Shown piece after piece: positions 11,945-24,981 of a stretch of DNA of 64,000 bases (within the stretch, counting starts at the first letter, position 1; every line of letters starts with the position of its first letter). A model generated the notes under the pieces. It searched no databases. It was given only the letters and a program-made list of their open reading frames with translations, and was not told the origin of the DNA. Origin of the DNA: Mobula hypostoma (lineage: Eukaryota). The position numbers were made by a program, and so were the translations under genes. The stretch covers positions 200,200,001 to 200,264,000 of the forward strand of contig NC_086100.1 of NCBI RefSeq assembly GCF_963921235.1, written 5' to 3'.

Positions 11945-13920
11945 TCATGGACCGTTCAGAAATCTGATGGCAGAGGGAAGGAAGCTGTTCCTAAAACATT
12001 GAGTGTAGGTCTTCAGGCTCCTGTACCTCCTGCCTGATGGTAGTAATGAGAAGAGGACTTGTTCCAGATGGTGAGGGTCCTTAATGGTGGATGCTTCCTT
12101 TTTGAATCATTGACTTTTGAAGATATTCTCGATGGAGGGAGGCTGGTCCCCATGTGGGAGCTGGTGAGTTTACAACATTCTGCAGATTTTTCCAAACCCG
12201 GTCATTGGCCTCTCCATACCAGGTAGCGATACACCCAGTCAGACTGTTGTGCAGACATCTTTCGAAATTTGTTAATGGTCTTTGGAGACAAAACAAGTCT
12301 CCTCAAACTCCCAATGCAATATAGTCACTAACGTGCTTTCCTCATAGTTGCATCAATATGTTAGGCCAAGGATAAATCCTCTGAGACGTTGACAGCCAGG
12401 AACTTGAGACTGCTCACCCTTTCCAATGCTGATCTCTCGGTAAGGACTGGTGTGTGTTAACACCACAAGACCTTCAGACAGACCAGCTCAATTAGGCCAT
12501 TCAGCCCATTGAAACTGATAAACCATTCCACCATGGTTAATTAACCCTGTCAACCCCATTCTCCTGCCTTCTTCCCGTAACCGTTCATGCCCTGACTAAT
12601 CAAGAACCTACCAATCTCGACTTTAAATATATTCAATGACTTGACCTCCACAGCCATGTGTGGCAAAGAATTCCAACAGATTTGTCAGGCAAGGCTTTCC
12701 TTTGAGGAAATCAAGCTGACTATGGCCTATTTTATCATGTGCCTTCAAGTACCCCAAAACCACATCCTTAACATATGACTGCAATGTCTTTTCAATTACT
12801 GAGGTCAGTCAAACTAGCCTATCATTTCTGAAGAATGTAACGACATTTGCAATGTTCCATTCCTCTGGAAGCATGCCAGAATCAATTGATTTCTGAAAGA
12901 TCACTACCAATGCCTCCACAATCTCTTCAGTCACCTCTTTCAGAACCCTGGGGTGTATTCCATCTGGTCCAGCTGACTTATCTGCCTTCAGACTTTCTGT
13001 TTCCCAAGAACCTTCTCCCTAATAATGGCAACATCACACACCTCAGCCCCCTGACACACTCGAACTTCCAGCATACTGCTAGTGTCTTCCGCAGTGCAGA
13101 CTGATGCAAAATACGTCTTCAGTTCATTAACCATTTTCTTATCCCCCTCTCTCTCCAGCATCATTTTCCAGCAATCCGATATCTGCTCTTACCTCTCTGT
13201 TACACTTTATGTATCTGAAGAAACTTTTGGTATCCTCTTTAATATTATTAGCCAGCTTACCTTCATATTCCATCTTTTCCTTCTTTGCGACTTTAAGTTG
13301 GCTTTTAAAAGTTTCCCAATCCTCTAACTTCCCACTGATTTTTGGTTTTAACTTAACTTGTCATTCATGGTTATATCATCCTGCCTTTGGAATACTTCTT
13401 CCCTTTGGGAAGGAATCCTGAAGCTTCCAAATTGCTCCCAAAAATTCCAACAACAGCTGCTCTGCCGTCAACCCTGCCACTGTTCTTTTTCTGATCAATT
13501 TTGACCAGATCCTCTCTCATGCCTCTATAATTCCCTTTACTCCACAGTAATACTGATACATCTGCCATTAGCTTCTCCTTCTCAAATTGCAAGCTGATTT
13601 CTGTCATATTGTGATCACTGGTTCCTGAGGGTTCCTTTGCCTGAAGCTTTCTAATCCTGGTTCATGGCACAACACCCAATCCAGAATAGCTTATCTCCTA
13701 GTGGGCTCAACCACTAGCTGGCTAAAAAGCCATCTCATATGTACTCTAGGAATTCTCCCTCTTGGGATCCTGCATCAATCTGATTTCCCCAATCTACCTA
13801 CATATTGAAATCCCCAATGACGATCATAACATTGCATTTTGGCATGCATTTTGTACTTCACATTGTAATTTGTAAACCATATTTTTACTACTGTTTGAAG
13901 GTCTGCAAATAACTCCTCTC
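11945..13920 (-). repeat. Inverted paralogue of 1-1745 (same CR1 + Rex1 mosaic)
   Basis: Shares the CR1 internal deletion junction (GAATT..TTGCCACA.ATGGCTGTGGAGG) and the CR1-to-Rex1 junction (GAAGGTCTTGTGGTGTT.ACACACACCAGTCC). Confidence 0.85.
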
Positions 13921-13924
13921 CGAG

Positions 13925-14165
13925 TCAGAGATGGTTGGGCGGGATAGGAGAGATAGATGTAGGTAGGTGGGAAGTAAGGAGAGAGAGGTAGGTGGGTGGC
14001 GAGTGGGGAGAGCGAGGCGCGTGGAGTGGGGAGAGAGAGGTGGCTGGGAAGTGGGGAGAGGGGAGTGAGGTGGGTGGGTGGGGAATGATTAGAAAGGTAT
14101 GGGTGGGGAGTGGGGAGAGATTGGTGGGTGGGCAGAGTGGGAGAGAGAGAGAGGTGGGTGGAGAG
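13925..14165 (+). repeat. G-rich degenerate minisatellite (GGGAGTGGGGAGAGAGAGGTGGGT-like); continues at 23077-23138 and 23773-24780 once insertions are removed
   Basis: G/A/T-rich runs with almost no C; target of the hAT and Penelope insertions. Confidence 0.85.
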
Positions 14166-15190
14166 CAGGAGCGTATCTATGGAAAATAGCGCCTACGGCA
14201 AGCACTGAAATTGCGCCCCTGTCCAAACATCTGACACCCAGCTTTTAGACAACTTTACCATAATATCAGTTCAGAAATACAAGTCAAACTTGTTAATCTT
14301 TTAATTAACAAATTATGGCACTACATGAAAATTATAACTGCACCTTCCTTGCTTTCACTGATGCAAACTGGTCTATGATGTGAACAAAGTCAGTTTTTTC
14401 AGTTTCTTCTCTTCTCTTTCTACACTCAGCAGAGCAAGATCACAGAGTCTGCCTTGATCCATGGAGGCTCTCAAATATGAAAGTATTAGTTTTAACTTGC
14501 TGAATGATCTTTCACAGCTGGCGATGGAAACTGCGATGGTTAGCATTATCTGAATAGCAATGCGAAGATTGGGGAAGACGCTCTCATCTCCATACTGAAC
14601 AATAAATTCAAGAAGCTCTTCAGGTCTTGATATTTTCATGTTGACCCACCTTGACAGCAACATTCTGCAATCCAAAATTTCTTCATATAGCTGCTGTCCA
14701 TCAACATCAGAGCTGTACAATTCGCCCAAATTTCCGCACTTCTTCTTCTTTAGGTCGTTACTGTTGGCGCCATAACACAATCCTTCGACATCGAGAAGGA
14801 ACCCAAACTTGGCATCAGTGTTGTGCAAACGAGTGAACCTTTCTTTTCTTTTTAAATCTTTTTATTAAATAAGTATACAAAAAGGTAAGCCATATAGACA
14901 CTAATACATTGTTAGAATATAATAAAATTACAGAAGATATTAATACAAAAAAAATACTACAAACAATGTAATTTAAACATAACATACCAAGGTAACATAA
15001 TAGTATACTAATTTTATATATATATCAATGGAGAAAAAGAAAAAAAAAACCCAAAAAAACCCACCGTGCAACTAACTAAAAGCAACGCAAAGCAATGGGC
15101 TAACTTGAAACCAAACAGAGTTAAACTTAAAATCACGTCCTCAATCCCGACCTCCATTAAAAACAGTGAAAAAAACAAGAAGGGTATATA

Positions 15191-18100
15191 TTACATTAAA
15201 TGAAAATATTGAATAAAAGATCTCCAAGTCTGTTCAAATTTTAATGAGGAGTCATAAAGATTGCTTCTAATTTTCTCCAAGTTCAAGCATAATATCGTCT
15301 GAGAAAACCAAAAAAAGGTAGTTGGAGCATTAAGCTCTTTCCAATGTTGTAAGATACATCTTTTCGCCATTAAAGTAAGAAATGCAATCATTCTACGGGC
15401 TGAAGGGGAGAAATTACTGGAAATTTTAGGTAGTCCAAAGATAGCAGTAATAGGGTGAGGAGAGATATCTATATTCAATACCTTGGAGATAATATTAAAA
15501 ATGTCTCTCCAAAGAGTTTCCAAAGTAGGGCAAGACCAAAACATATGAGTTAAAGAGGCTATCTGCCCCGGACATCTATCACAAAAAGGATTAATATGAG
15601 AATAAAAGCGCGCTAACTTATCTTTGGACATATGTGCTCTATGAACAACTTTAAATTGAATTAGGGAATGTTTAGCACAGATAGAGGAAGTATTGACTAA
15701 TTGTAAAATCTGCCCCCAGTCATCCACAGAAATGGTAAACCCCAATTCCTGTTCCCAATCTACCCTAATCTTATCAAATGGAGCTTTCCTAAGTTTCATA
15801 ATAATATTATAAATCATAGCCGATGCACCTTTCTGACATGGATTAAGGTTGATTATAGTATCTAAAATGTATGTAGGAGGGAGCATTGGAAAGGAAGAAA
15901 GTATAGTACTTAGAAAATTTCTAACTTGTAAATATCTAAAAAAATGTATTCTTGATAAGTTATATTTATTAGATAATTGTTCAAAAGACATAAGGGAACC
16001 ATCTAAAAATAAATCCAAAAACCGTGAAATACCCTTAGTCTTCCAAATTTGAAAAGCACGATCCGTAAAAGAGGGAGGAAAAAATATGTTACTTAAAATA
16101 GGAATCGCTAACCCAAATTGATTAAGATCAAAAAATTTTCTGAATTGAAACCAAATACGCAAGGTATATTTAACTATCGGGTTAGACACCTGTTTAAGGC
16201 ATTTCCAATCAAAAGGAAGAGAGGAACCTAAAATAGAGCCAAGTGTAAAACCCTGAACAGATTGTAATTCCAATACTACCCATTTAGGAATGGATAGTAT
16301 ATCCTGGTCCAGTAACCAGAATTTCATACGTCGAATATTAATTGCCCAATAATAAAATCTAAAGTTAGGTAATGCTAAGCCTCCATCTCTCTTAGCTTTC
16401 TGTAAATGTATTTTACCCAGTCTCGGGTTTTTATTCTGCCAAATAAATGAAGAAATTTTAGAGTCAACTTTATCAAAAAAATGATTTTGGAACAAAGATT
16501 GGTAACGCCTGAAATATATATAAAAATTTTGGCAAAAAAAAACATCTTAACTGCGTTAATACGACCAATCAAAGTTAGATATAAAGGAAGCCATTTAGAT
16601 GAAAGTTGAGTAATATGGTCTATTAATGGTAAAAAGTTAGTCTTAAATAAATCTTTGTATTTACGAGTAATTTTAATCCCAAGATATGAAAAATAATTAT
16701 TAATCAATTTAAATGGAAATTTATAATATAAGGGAAGTTGTTTATTAATCGGAAAGAGTTCACTCTTACTAAGATTTAATTTATAACCTGAAAAAAGACC
16801 AAATTGTGCTAATAACTCTAAAACAGCCGGGATGGATTTTTGAGGATTAGAGATATATAAAAGTAAATCATCAGCATAGAGTGATAATTTATGGGACTTT
16901 AAGCCCCGAGTTATCCCAGTAATATTTGGAGATTCTCGAATGGCAATTGCAAGAGGTTCTAATGCAATATCAAATAATAAGGGACTAAGAGGACAGCCTT
17001 GTCGAGTACCTCGAAAAAGAAGGAAAAAAGGTGAACTTAAAGAGTTAGTACGGACCAAGGCCACAGGAGAATAATATAAGAGTTTAATCCAGGATATAAA
17101 TTTCAAGCTGAAATTAAACCTTTCAAGCACCTTAAATAAATAAGGTCATTCTACTCTATCAAAAGCTTTCTCGGCATCTAAAGAGATAACACACTCAGGA
17201 ACATTTTGTGAGGGAGTATAAACGATATTTAACAGTGTACGAATATTATAAAAAGAGTAACGACCTTTAATAAAAACCCGTTTGGTCTTCCGAAATAATA
17301 GAAGGAAGTACTTTTTCTAATCTATTTGCTAATAACTTAGAAAAAACTTTAGAATCAACATTTAATAAAGATATTGGTCTATAAGATGCACATTGAGCAG
17401 GATCTTTATCCTTCTTTAATAGTAGAGATTGACGCTCTATTAAAAGATTCAGGAAGTTTACCAAATTTCGATGAAGCCTCAAAAACCCTACAGAGCCAAG
17501 GGATTAATGAAGGAGCAAAACATTTATAAAATTCTATGGTAAACCCATCAGGGCCAGGAGCTTTCCCCAAATTCATAGAGAAAATAACATTCTTAATCTC
17601 ATCCATGGTAATAGGAGTATCTAACATAGAAGTCATATCCTGTGAAATCTCAGGGAAGTCTAAATTATCTAAAAAATCATTCATATATTTAGAATCTCGA
17701 GGAGACTCTGATTGATATAAGGAAGAGTAAAAATCACAGAAGGTTTGATTAATCCCCACATGATTAATCGATCATTTTGGTTATAAATCTGATTAATTTG
17801 AGATTTAGCATAATTAGACTTCAATTGATTAGCCAACAGTTTACCAATTTTGTCACTGTGTACATAAAATTCACTTCTTGTTTTCTTTAATTGGTTTACA
17901 ATCGAGGACGAGAGTAATAAACTGTGTTCCATTTGAAGTTCAGTTCTTTGTTTATATAACTCCTCAGAAGGAGCTATAACATATTTCTTATCAATTTCCT
18001 TAATCTTGTCCACAATTACCAACTCCTCCTGCTTCTGCTTCTTCCTCAAAGCAGCAGAATACGAGATAATCTGACCACGAATATAAGCTTTAAAAGTATC

Positions 18101-18961
18101 CCAAAGAGTGTTAACGGAAATATCCTCAGTATGGTTAATTGTAAAAAAAAGATCAATCTGTTCATTCATAAAGTTAACAAAGTCCGAGTCCTGAAGCAAC
18201 AGCGAATTAAAACGCCATTGTCTATTATTTTGTATATTGGCCAGAATTTTAATAGAAAGCTTAAGTGGAGCATGATCCGAAATGGTTATAGAATCATAAT
18301 CACATTTAATCACTGAAGGAATGAGACGAGAATCAATGAAAAAATAATCAATTCCTGAATAGGAATGATGAACATGTGAAAAAAAAGAAAAATCTTTTTC
18401 CTGAGGATGCAAAAAGCGCCAAATGTCCGTCGACCCAGAATCAGAAAGAAATGAATTAATCAAAGTTGCAGATTTATTAGGTAAGGTCCGTAAAGGAGCC
18501 GAACGGTCCAAAGCTGGAGGCAAACAGGTATTAAGATCTCCGCCCCAGATCAATGAAAACTCATTCAAATTCGGAAACTGATTAAATAATGATTTATAAA
18601 ATTCCAGACAATCCATATTAGGAGCATAAACATTAACCAAAACTACTTTTTTATTAAATAGTAAACCACTAACCAATAGAAATCTACCATTCGGATCAGA
18701 GATAATATCATGTTGTATAAAAGTAACCGAGGAGTCTATAAAGATAGAGACGCCTCGAATCTTAGCATTGGAGTTCGAATGAAACTCATGTCCCTTCCAG
18801 AATTTAAAAAAACGTAGTCTGTCCCCCCTCCGCACATGGGTCTCTTGTAAGAATAAAATTTGTGCTTTAAGTCTCCGGAACACTTTAAAAACTTTTTTCC
18901 TTTTAATAGGATGATTAAGACCATTAGTATTCCAGGAGACAAAATTAATAATAGACTCCAT
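15191..18961 (-). pseudogene. L1 ORF2 (APE endonuclease, RT, C-terminal Cys/His domain), frameshifted
   Basis: SWNTNGLN, FLQETH, GGDLN, SDH; KAPGPDG, YRPISLLN, GTRQGCPLSP, LYADD, YLG; CDRC..HMFWSC; broken into 5 ORFs plus one TGA near 17147. Confidence 0.93.
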
Positions 18962-19679
18962 AAACCCTAAAGTCAACCCACAACAAGGAGGATTGACGAT
19001 AGGCTCGACCCACGAACCCGGAGAGGGAACAGAACATACAAGAGATACTGGGAAGAAGAACGCAACCCATACTTCAATAATGTATATAGCCCAAGAAGAA
19101 AGAAACTAAAAAGTGAAGCCCCTCCCACCACCCCCCACCCCATGTCCCGAAAGCTAAGTCTAACGCATACCAGCCCGAAAGAAGCAAGGACTAAAACTAC
19201 CCCCATGACTTCCGGTATACGCTCCCTAAAAAAAAAGTGTAAATATAAAAAAGATCAGCTGATTATAAAACAGTAAAAGAATAAAAAAAGATAACTCAAT
19301 TAAAATAAACACATAACAGAATAAAAGCCAGAAAATATATGAAAAAAAAACCGCAATAAACCCCAGACCCATGAATAAACAGAACAACAAAAAAGAAATA
19401 AGATTATTAACATAAACTAGTTATAAAAACCTACAAAACAAAATAGATTTTTAAAAAACTACAAAATTTAAGGCCACAAAGGAAATACGTAAAATGACAA
19501 TAAGGAAGTAACCACCCAGAATCCCCTGGGAAAAAGAAAGAAATGACGCAGTTAAAAAGAAAGTTTAGCAACCATATTAAGTAATCAAAAATAAACTTTT
19601 CTGCCCATATAAGGCAAAAAAAAAATTAAGACCGACAAATTCACAGCCTCCGATCAGCGGAGATAGTTAAAAAATTACA

Positions 19680-20526
19680 ATTAAGATGTTGATGGTGAAA
19701 ATTGATCCAAATAACTCTGGGCATCCGATGGAGAGTCAAAAAAACGGAGGGCTCCATCCGGCGTACGAATCCTTAAACGTGCAGGGTAAAGCAGCGCTGG
19801 GTCTTAAATCCATCTTGTAGAGTTCCGACATCACAGATCTGTAACGAATCCGTTGATCCCGGATTGGTTTACTGAAATCCTCCACGAATCGGAACTTAAG
19901 ATCCAGAAAATCAATGAAACCCTTAGATCGAACGAATCGAAACAGTTTCTCCTTGTCTTGAAAGTAATGAAACCGTAAAATAACATGTCGAGGTCTATCT
20001 GACCTAGGCGAGTATGATGGGATTCTGTGAACACGATCCAGTAGCGGTGGTTGGTCAGGAAATACAGTAGGAAATGCATCTTTTAAAAGTTGAGAAAAAT
20101 ACTTCATAGGGTTATCAGATTCAATAGCTTCACGCACCCCGATCATTCGTAGATTCTGCCGTCGCATTCTAGATTCTAAGTCAGAGTTTTTAAAGGTCAG
20201 AAAATCAAGTTTCTTCTTCATTACATTAATTGTTTCTTCGATTTTCCCCATCTTAAGCTCACTTTGTTGTGTGGATTTTTGAAGATCAGATATAGCCGAC
20301 TGATGTTCCGTAATAGATGTTTGTATCTTATCGATTGAATCGGCAATTTTCTGGAACTGAATTGAAATTTCCGCACGAATCAGCTCCGTAACAGAGGTTG
20401 AAATTTCCCTTTGAATTAACTCCGATATAGCTTTCAAAGTCACCGGTGGTTCAGTCGGAGGGAAGTCGGTACCTTTCGGTCTAACCGGAGGTTTGCCATC
20501 CTTCCCGTTTTACCCATTCTTAGACA
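19680..20526 (-). pseudogene. L1 ORF1 (coiled coil plus RRM-like, Transposase_22-type), frameshifted at both ends
   Basis: ORF 19736-20443 with DLESRMRRQNLRMIGVRE, LDRVHR, PRHVILRFHYFQDKE, FVEDFS. Confidence 0.88.
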
Positions 20527-23138
20527 TAGCAGATCTTAAACGCATCCAGTTATCGAAGAGCCCAATTTAATTCAAAGTATTGTAAAAGTTGATGCCTTAA
20601 TGGTTACTTAAAATATAGCTGATCAGAAGAAAGAAAACTCAGAGGTAATGGAGCGAGTCAAGAACGCGACTTCACTCCATGAGCACTACCGGAAGTCCAC
20701 GAGTGAACCTTTCATCCATTTCTCTGTGAAGATGGTTGAGTGTTCCCTTCATGACTCTTTCCATTTCCTCCTTAGCTGTTAACCCAGCGACTCTTGCGTT
20801 CTCATCAGCCATTCATTTCTTTCGTCTCTGAGGTCTTTCAACTTCAATATTCCATTCTTGACAGAGACCGACTCCTTCTTTGAGTGACTTACACGCCAAC
20901 ACTTCTCTTTCATCATAAAAAAAGAGCTCAGAGGGCTTTCAAATCCAGGGCAGCTTCGTGAAAGTTCATGCTAGGATCCTGCAGCCCCTTTTGAATACGG
21001 TCAATGCGAATGAGTACTTTGTTCCAAAATCCTAGCAAAATCAGAAAATCGTATCTCAACATGCGGTTGTCCAGCTGCCTTGCGTCATTTCTTGTTTTAC
21101 TGGTCTCGTTTTCATTGTCTATCATGTCCTGGAGAACTTGAAATATCTACTCAAGGTACTTGTTGACGGGCTTCACTGCTTCTGTCCTTGCACTCCACCT
21201 GGTTTCAGACTCTGACTTAACAACCACAGGCACGGCGCTTTTGAGTTTTTCCCAGCGCCGTGTTGAATGAGAGAAAAACATGTAGAGAGCTTCGATGGTT
21301 CCAAAAAACGTGACCATCATTGGATCCTATTTGGCTATATGTACACCCACCAAGTCGAGTGAGTGATTGTCGCAATTCACAAACACTGCCAGGTTGTTTT
21401 TCTCACTTATTCTTTGATGAACACCACTTCTGTGACCAGCCATCACAGCAGCGTTGTCATAGCACTGTGACCGACAATCTTGTAGCTCCATTTTGAATTT
21501 CTCTAGCTGTTTCAAGATGTCTTCAATCAAGCTCTCAGCATCCTTCTGGCTTATCTGGATAAAACCAAGGAAGGACTCTCTAACACGGACTGTTTTCATC
21601 TCAAGATCAACTTCCACATACCTCACTACTTCTGACATCTGCTCACGGTGTGCCTGATCAGGAGTCGAGTCGAACATGAGACCATTGTACTTGGCTTTAC
21701 GAATGCTTCTCATTAAACTCCGGCAAACAGTGGATGCCACCATGTGGATGAATTTGTTCTGAACACCCGGTGAAAGATACGACTTGGATCCAGGATGACT
21801 TTCCAAATGAGTGAGGTGTTCTTTTATGACAGGGTGAAAGATGGCCAGTAGTTTCAGTAAGCCAAGGAAATTTCCCACATTGGAGTAATTGTCTAGTTGA
21901 AGTGACTCCCTGTGTCCTGGCAAAGCCAGGTTCTGAGTCGCAAGGGATTTTATGCAGTGAAAGTTTCTCGTCAAGATATCACACCACTTCTGCTTTTCCT
22001 TCTTATTCTGTGACTGAAATACCGTGTCAAAAACTCCTCCGTTTCCAGCTAAATTTCATTCCATTTCTTTCCACTGTGTGAAGCATTCCCGATGATGCTT
22101 GGCATTTTCATGAACACTAATCCTTTCAGGTGTTTTCCACTGGTTGAATCCACTTTCCTGCTCCAATGAGGATTGATGGTCTGACGGGGAATAGAGAAGA
22201 CAACAGATACAAAATGCAGACTTTTTAAAAAGGGGAATAGACCAGCCATGAGCGAGTCACTTCCTCACCACGACCATTTCCGCTTGAGCCAAGTTTTGTT
22301 CATTGAGCGGTTATTTGTTGGTAGGAAAGGCCCCTCACTGTTCTGGAAATACTTCTAACCCAGCTTTATTATTTCTGTTCTCAATGCGTCAGGCAGAATT
22401 GCTTTTCCAGTATCCTTGGCGAACTTCAGAAGTCCAATATCATGCTGTTCAGTCACTTCTGGTATGACAGTTCGAGGCTCTTTGACACCATCCAGTTCAC
22501 TAGGTTCAATCTCGTCAGGTAAAATCTCATCAGTAAACTCAACATCACCACCACCACCATCGTCTTCCCTTCCTGTCATGTCCACGTTCTCTGTGGCAGC
22601 CTCACTCTTAATCTCGTCATACTCGGATTTATCTGACTTGACTTCCTCCTCGGCCTGTGACGCATTTGTACTTGATCCACCTTCGGATTCTAACAAACTT
22701 GTAGCAGGTGCAGGTGATTCCATGGAACGTGTCGAATTACTTGTTCTGGGCTTTTCAAAGAAGGGCATGAAGAACTTGCTTGACCTCTTGGCTTCCTCCG
22801 TCTCCAACTTTCGTCTCTTCTGTCCTTCAGCTCCACTTTCCTTCTTCTTTGTGAAGAAACGTTTCATGGTCTTCTTACACAATGCTCTGAAATAAGGCCA
22901 TCCTAGTGCTTCTCACCCATGATAATCAAAGACAGATCATACATCTGAAGACAATTTTTTTTTTCACTCTCTGAGGATGGCTTGTCTGGCTTTAATAGAA
23001 ACTGCTCAGTGGCTCCCCCCCTTCAAGTGGTGCCCAGGGCACGTGCCATACCTGCCATACCTTAGATACAGCACTGGTGGGGAGTGGGGATAGGGGAGAG
23101 TGGTGGGTGGGTTGAGTGGGAGAGAGAGAGATGAGTGA

Positions 23139-23772
23139 GGAACACTCACAATGTGCTGGAGGAACTCAGCAGGTCAGTCAGCATCAGTTGAAAAGATTAG
23201 TCAACGTTTTGGGCTGAAACTCTTCATCAGGACTGAAGGAAGAACTTTGGGGAAGGGTTTGAAGAATGCTGGTAGTTGAAAACAACAGTAATTTGAAGGA
23301 CAAAGGGGTGGGGGAGGGGAAGCAAGGAGGTGATTGGCAGGAGAACAATGCACAGTAGTAGAAGGAGGCGGAACTATGAGGGAGGTGATGTGAAATAGGG
23401 ATAGAGGAAGGGAGGGGGAGGGGGAGGGAATTACCGGAAGTTGGACAATTCATGTTCATACCAAGGGGCTCGAGACTACCTCATCGATATATAAGGTGTT
23501 GCTCCTCCAACCTGAGTTTAGTCTCTTCATGGCAGTAGAGGAGGCCATGTATGGACATATCTGAATGGGAATGGGAAGCAGAGTTGAAGTGGGTGGCTAC
23601 CGGGAGATCCTGTCTGTTGTGGCAGACGGAGTGGAGGTGCTCGACGAAGTGGTCCCCCAATCTGCGTCGGGTTTCACCGATGTAGAGGAGGCCGCACCGG
23701 GAGCACCGAATGCAATAGATGACCCCAACAGACTCACAAGTGAAGTGTTGCCTCACCTGGAAGGACTGTTTG
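23139..23772 (-). mobile_element. Penelope-like element 3' fragment (GIY-YIG endonuclease plus terminal repeat)
   Basis: FTCESVGVIYCIRCSRCGLLYIGETRRRLGDHFVEH...PVATHFN...LEEQHLI; followed by CTGATGA..AAACG and CCTGCTGAGTTCCTCCAGCA terminus. Confidence 0.88.
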
Positions 23773-24780
23773 GGATGGGTGGGGAGCAGGGAGAGAGGTG
23801 CATGGGCGGGGAGAAGGAACAGATAAGTGTGGGGTGGAGTGGGGAGAAAGTGTGGATGGTTGGTGTGTTGGGACAGGGAGGTGTGTAGGTTGGGAGTGGG
23901 GAGAGAGAGGTGGATGGGTGGGGAGTGGTTGAGACTGGTTGGTGAGTAGGGACTGAGGAGACTGGTAGGTGGGTAGAGGGTTAGGGAGAGAGAGGTGGAC
24001 GGGAAGTGGGAACAGATGGGTGGGTGGTGTGTTGGGAGTGAGAGGTGGTGGGCGGGATTGGGGGTTGAGCTGGGTGCGTGGGGAGTTGGGAGAGAGGTGG
24101 GTGGTGAGTGGGTTAGAGGAAGTTTGGTGGGTAGTTGGGAGAGAGAGGTGGGTTGGTGGAGAGTGGGGAGAGAGAGGTTGGTGGGGAGAGGGAGGTGGGT
24201 AGGTGATAAGTGGGCAGAGAGAAGTGGGTGAGTGGGGAATGGGGAATGAGAGGTGGGTGGGTAGGGAGTGGGGTGACAGTTGAGTTGGTGGGGAGTGGGG
24301 AGAGAGGGCTGGGTAGATGCAGAGTGTGGAGGGGGTGTGGGGAGAGAGGCGTGGGTTTATGGTGTTTTGGGAGAGGGGTGGGTGGGAGGCAAGTGTGCAG
24401 AGAGAGGTGGGTAGGGTGTAGGGAGGGGAGGGAGAGAGGTGTGTGGGTTGGGAGTGGGGAGACAGAGGTTGGTGGGGAGTGTGAAGAGAGAGAGGGGTAG
24501 GCGGGGAATGGGGAGAGAGAGATGTGTGTGGGGAGAGAGAGAATGGTGGTTGGGGAGTGGGGGGAGAGGTGTGTGGGTGGGTAGTGGGGAGAGAGGTGTG
24601 TGGGTGGGGAGTGTGGAGAGAGATGTCTGTGGGTTGGGAGTGGGGAGTGGGGAGAGAGAGGAGAGTGGGTAGGGAGTGGGGAGAGAGAGGTGTGTGGGTG
24701 GGGAGTGGGGAGAGAGGAGAGTGGGTGAGGAGTGGGGAGAGAGACGAGTGTGGGCGGAGGGTTAGGAGTGAGAGATGTCT
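23773..24780 (+). repeat. G-rich degenerate minisatellite / low complexity
   Basis: Recurring GGGAGTGGGGAGAGAGGTGTGTGGGT-type units; ORFs here are G/W/R/E-rich artefacts. Confidence 0.9.
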
Positions 24781-24800
24781 ATAGGATTTGAGCTGTTAAT

Positions 24801-24981
24801 TGGGATCAATACAGACAGGTAGTTACTGGTCAGCATGACTATGTTGGGCCAAATGCCTGTTTGATTCCACACAGTCACGTGATTTCTTTGAAAAGGAAAG
24901 TGTGATAGTAAAAGCTCTGAATCTCTCTGTAAACTAGGGTACAGTAACAGCACTATCAGCAGAGGTCACACTGAGAGTCTG
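24801..24981 (+). promoter_or_regulatory. Repeated cassette copy (CR1-tail remnant, E-box CACGTG 24876, GAS TTCTTTGAA 24884; IRF-E and TATA degenerate)
   Basis: Aligns with 30980-31152, 31722-31915, 35455-35640, 41585-41765 and 59470-59655. Confidence 0.45.

Larger units (their letters stand above)
14844..20698 (-). mobile_element. Full-length L1-clade LINE (about 5.85 kb)
   Basis: 15-bp TSD ACGAGTGAACCTTTC (14829-14843 and 20699-20713); 5' end GGACTTCCGG; ORF1, T-rich inter-ORF spacer, ORF2, AATAAA and A-rich tail. Confidence 0.95.
14345..22882 (-). pseudogene. hAT transposase pseudogene (TTF-type zinc finger, DUF4371-like region, catalytic core, C-terminal dimerisation domain), split by L1
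   Basis: RSWLVYS..AFCICC, GHRE..GNFLGLL, FDSTPD, QCYDNAAVMAG, CDNHSLDL, ETRWS, FPNL..LTIAVSIASCERSFSKLKLI; frameshifts and stops. Confidence 0.9.
14166..23076 (-). mobile_element. Full-length hAT (Tip100/ZMYM1-like) DNA transposon, about 3.0 kb without the nested L1
   Basis: Imperfect TIRs CAGGAGCGTATCTA (14166) / TAGATACAGCACTG (ends 23076); 8-bp TSD GTGGAGAG (14158-14165) vs GTGGGGAG (23077-23084). Confidence 0.9.
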
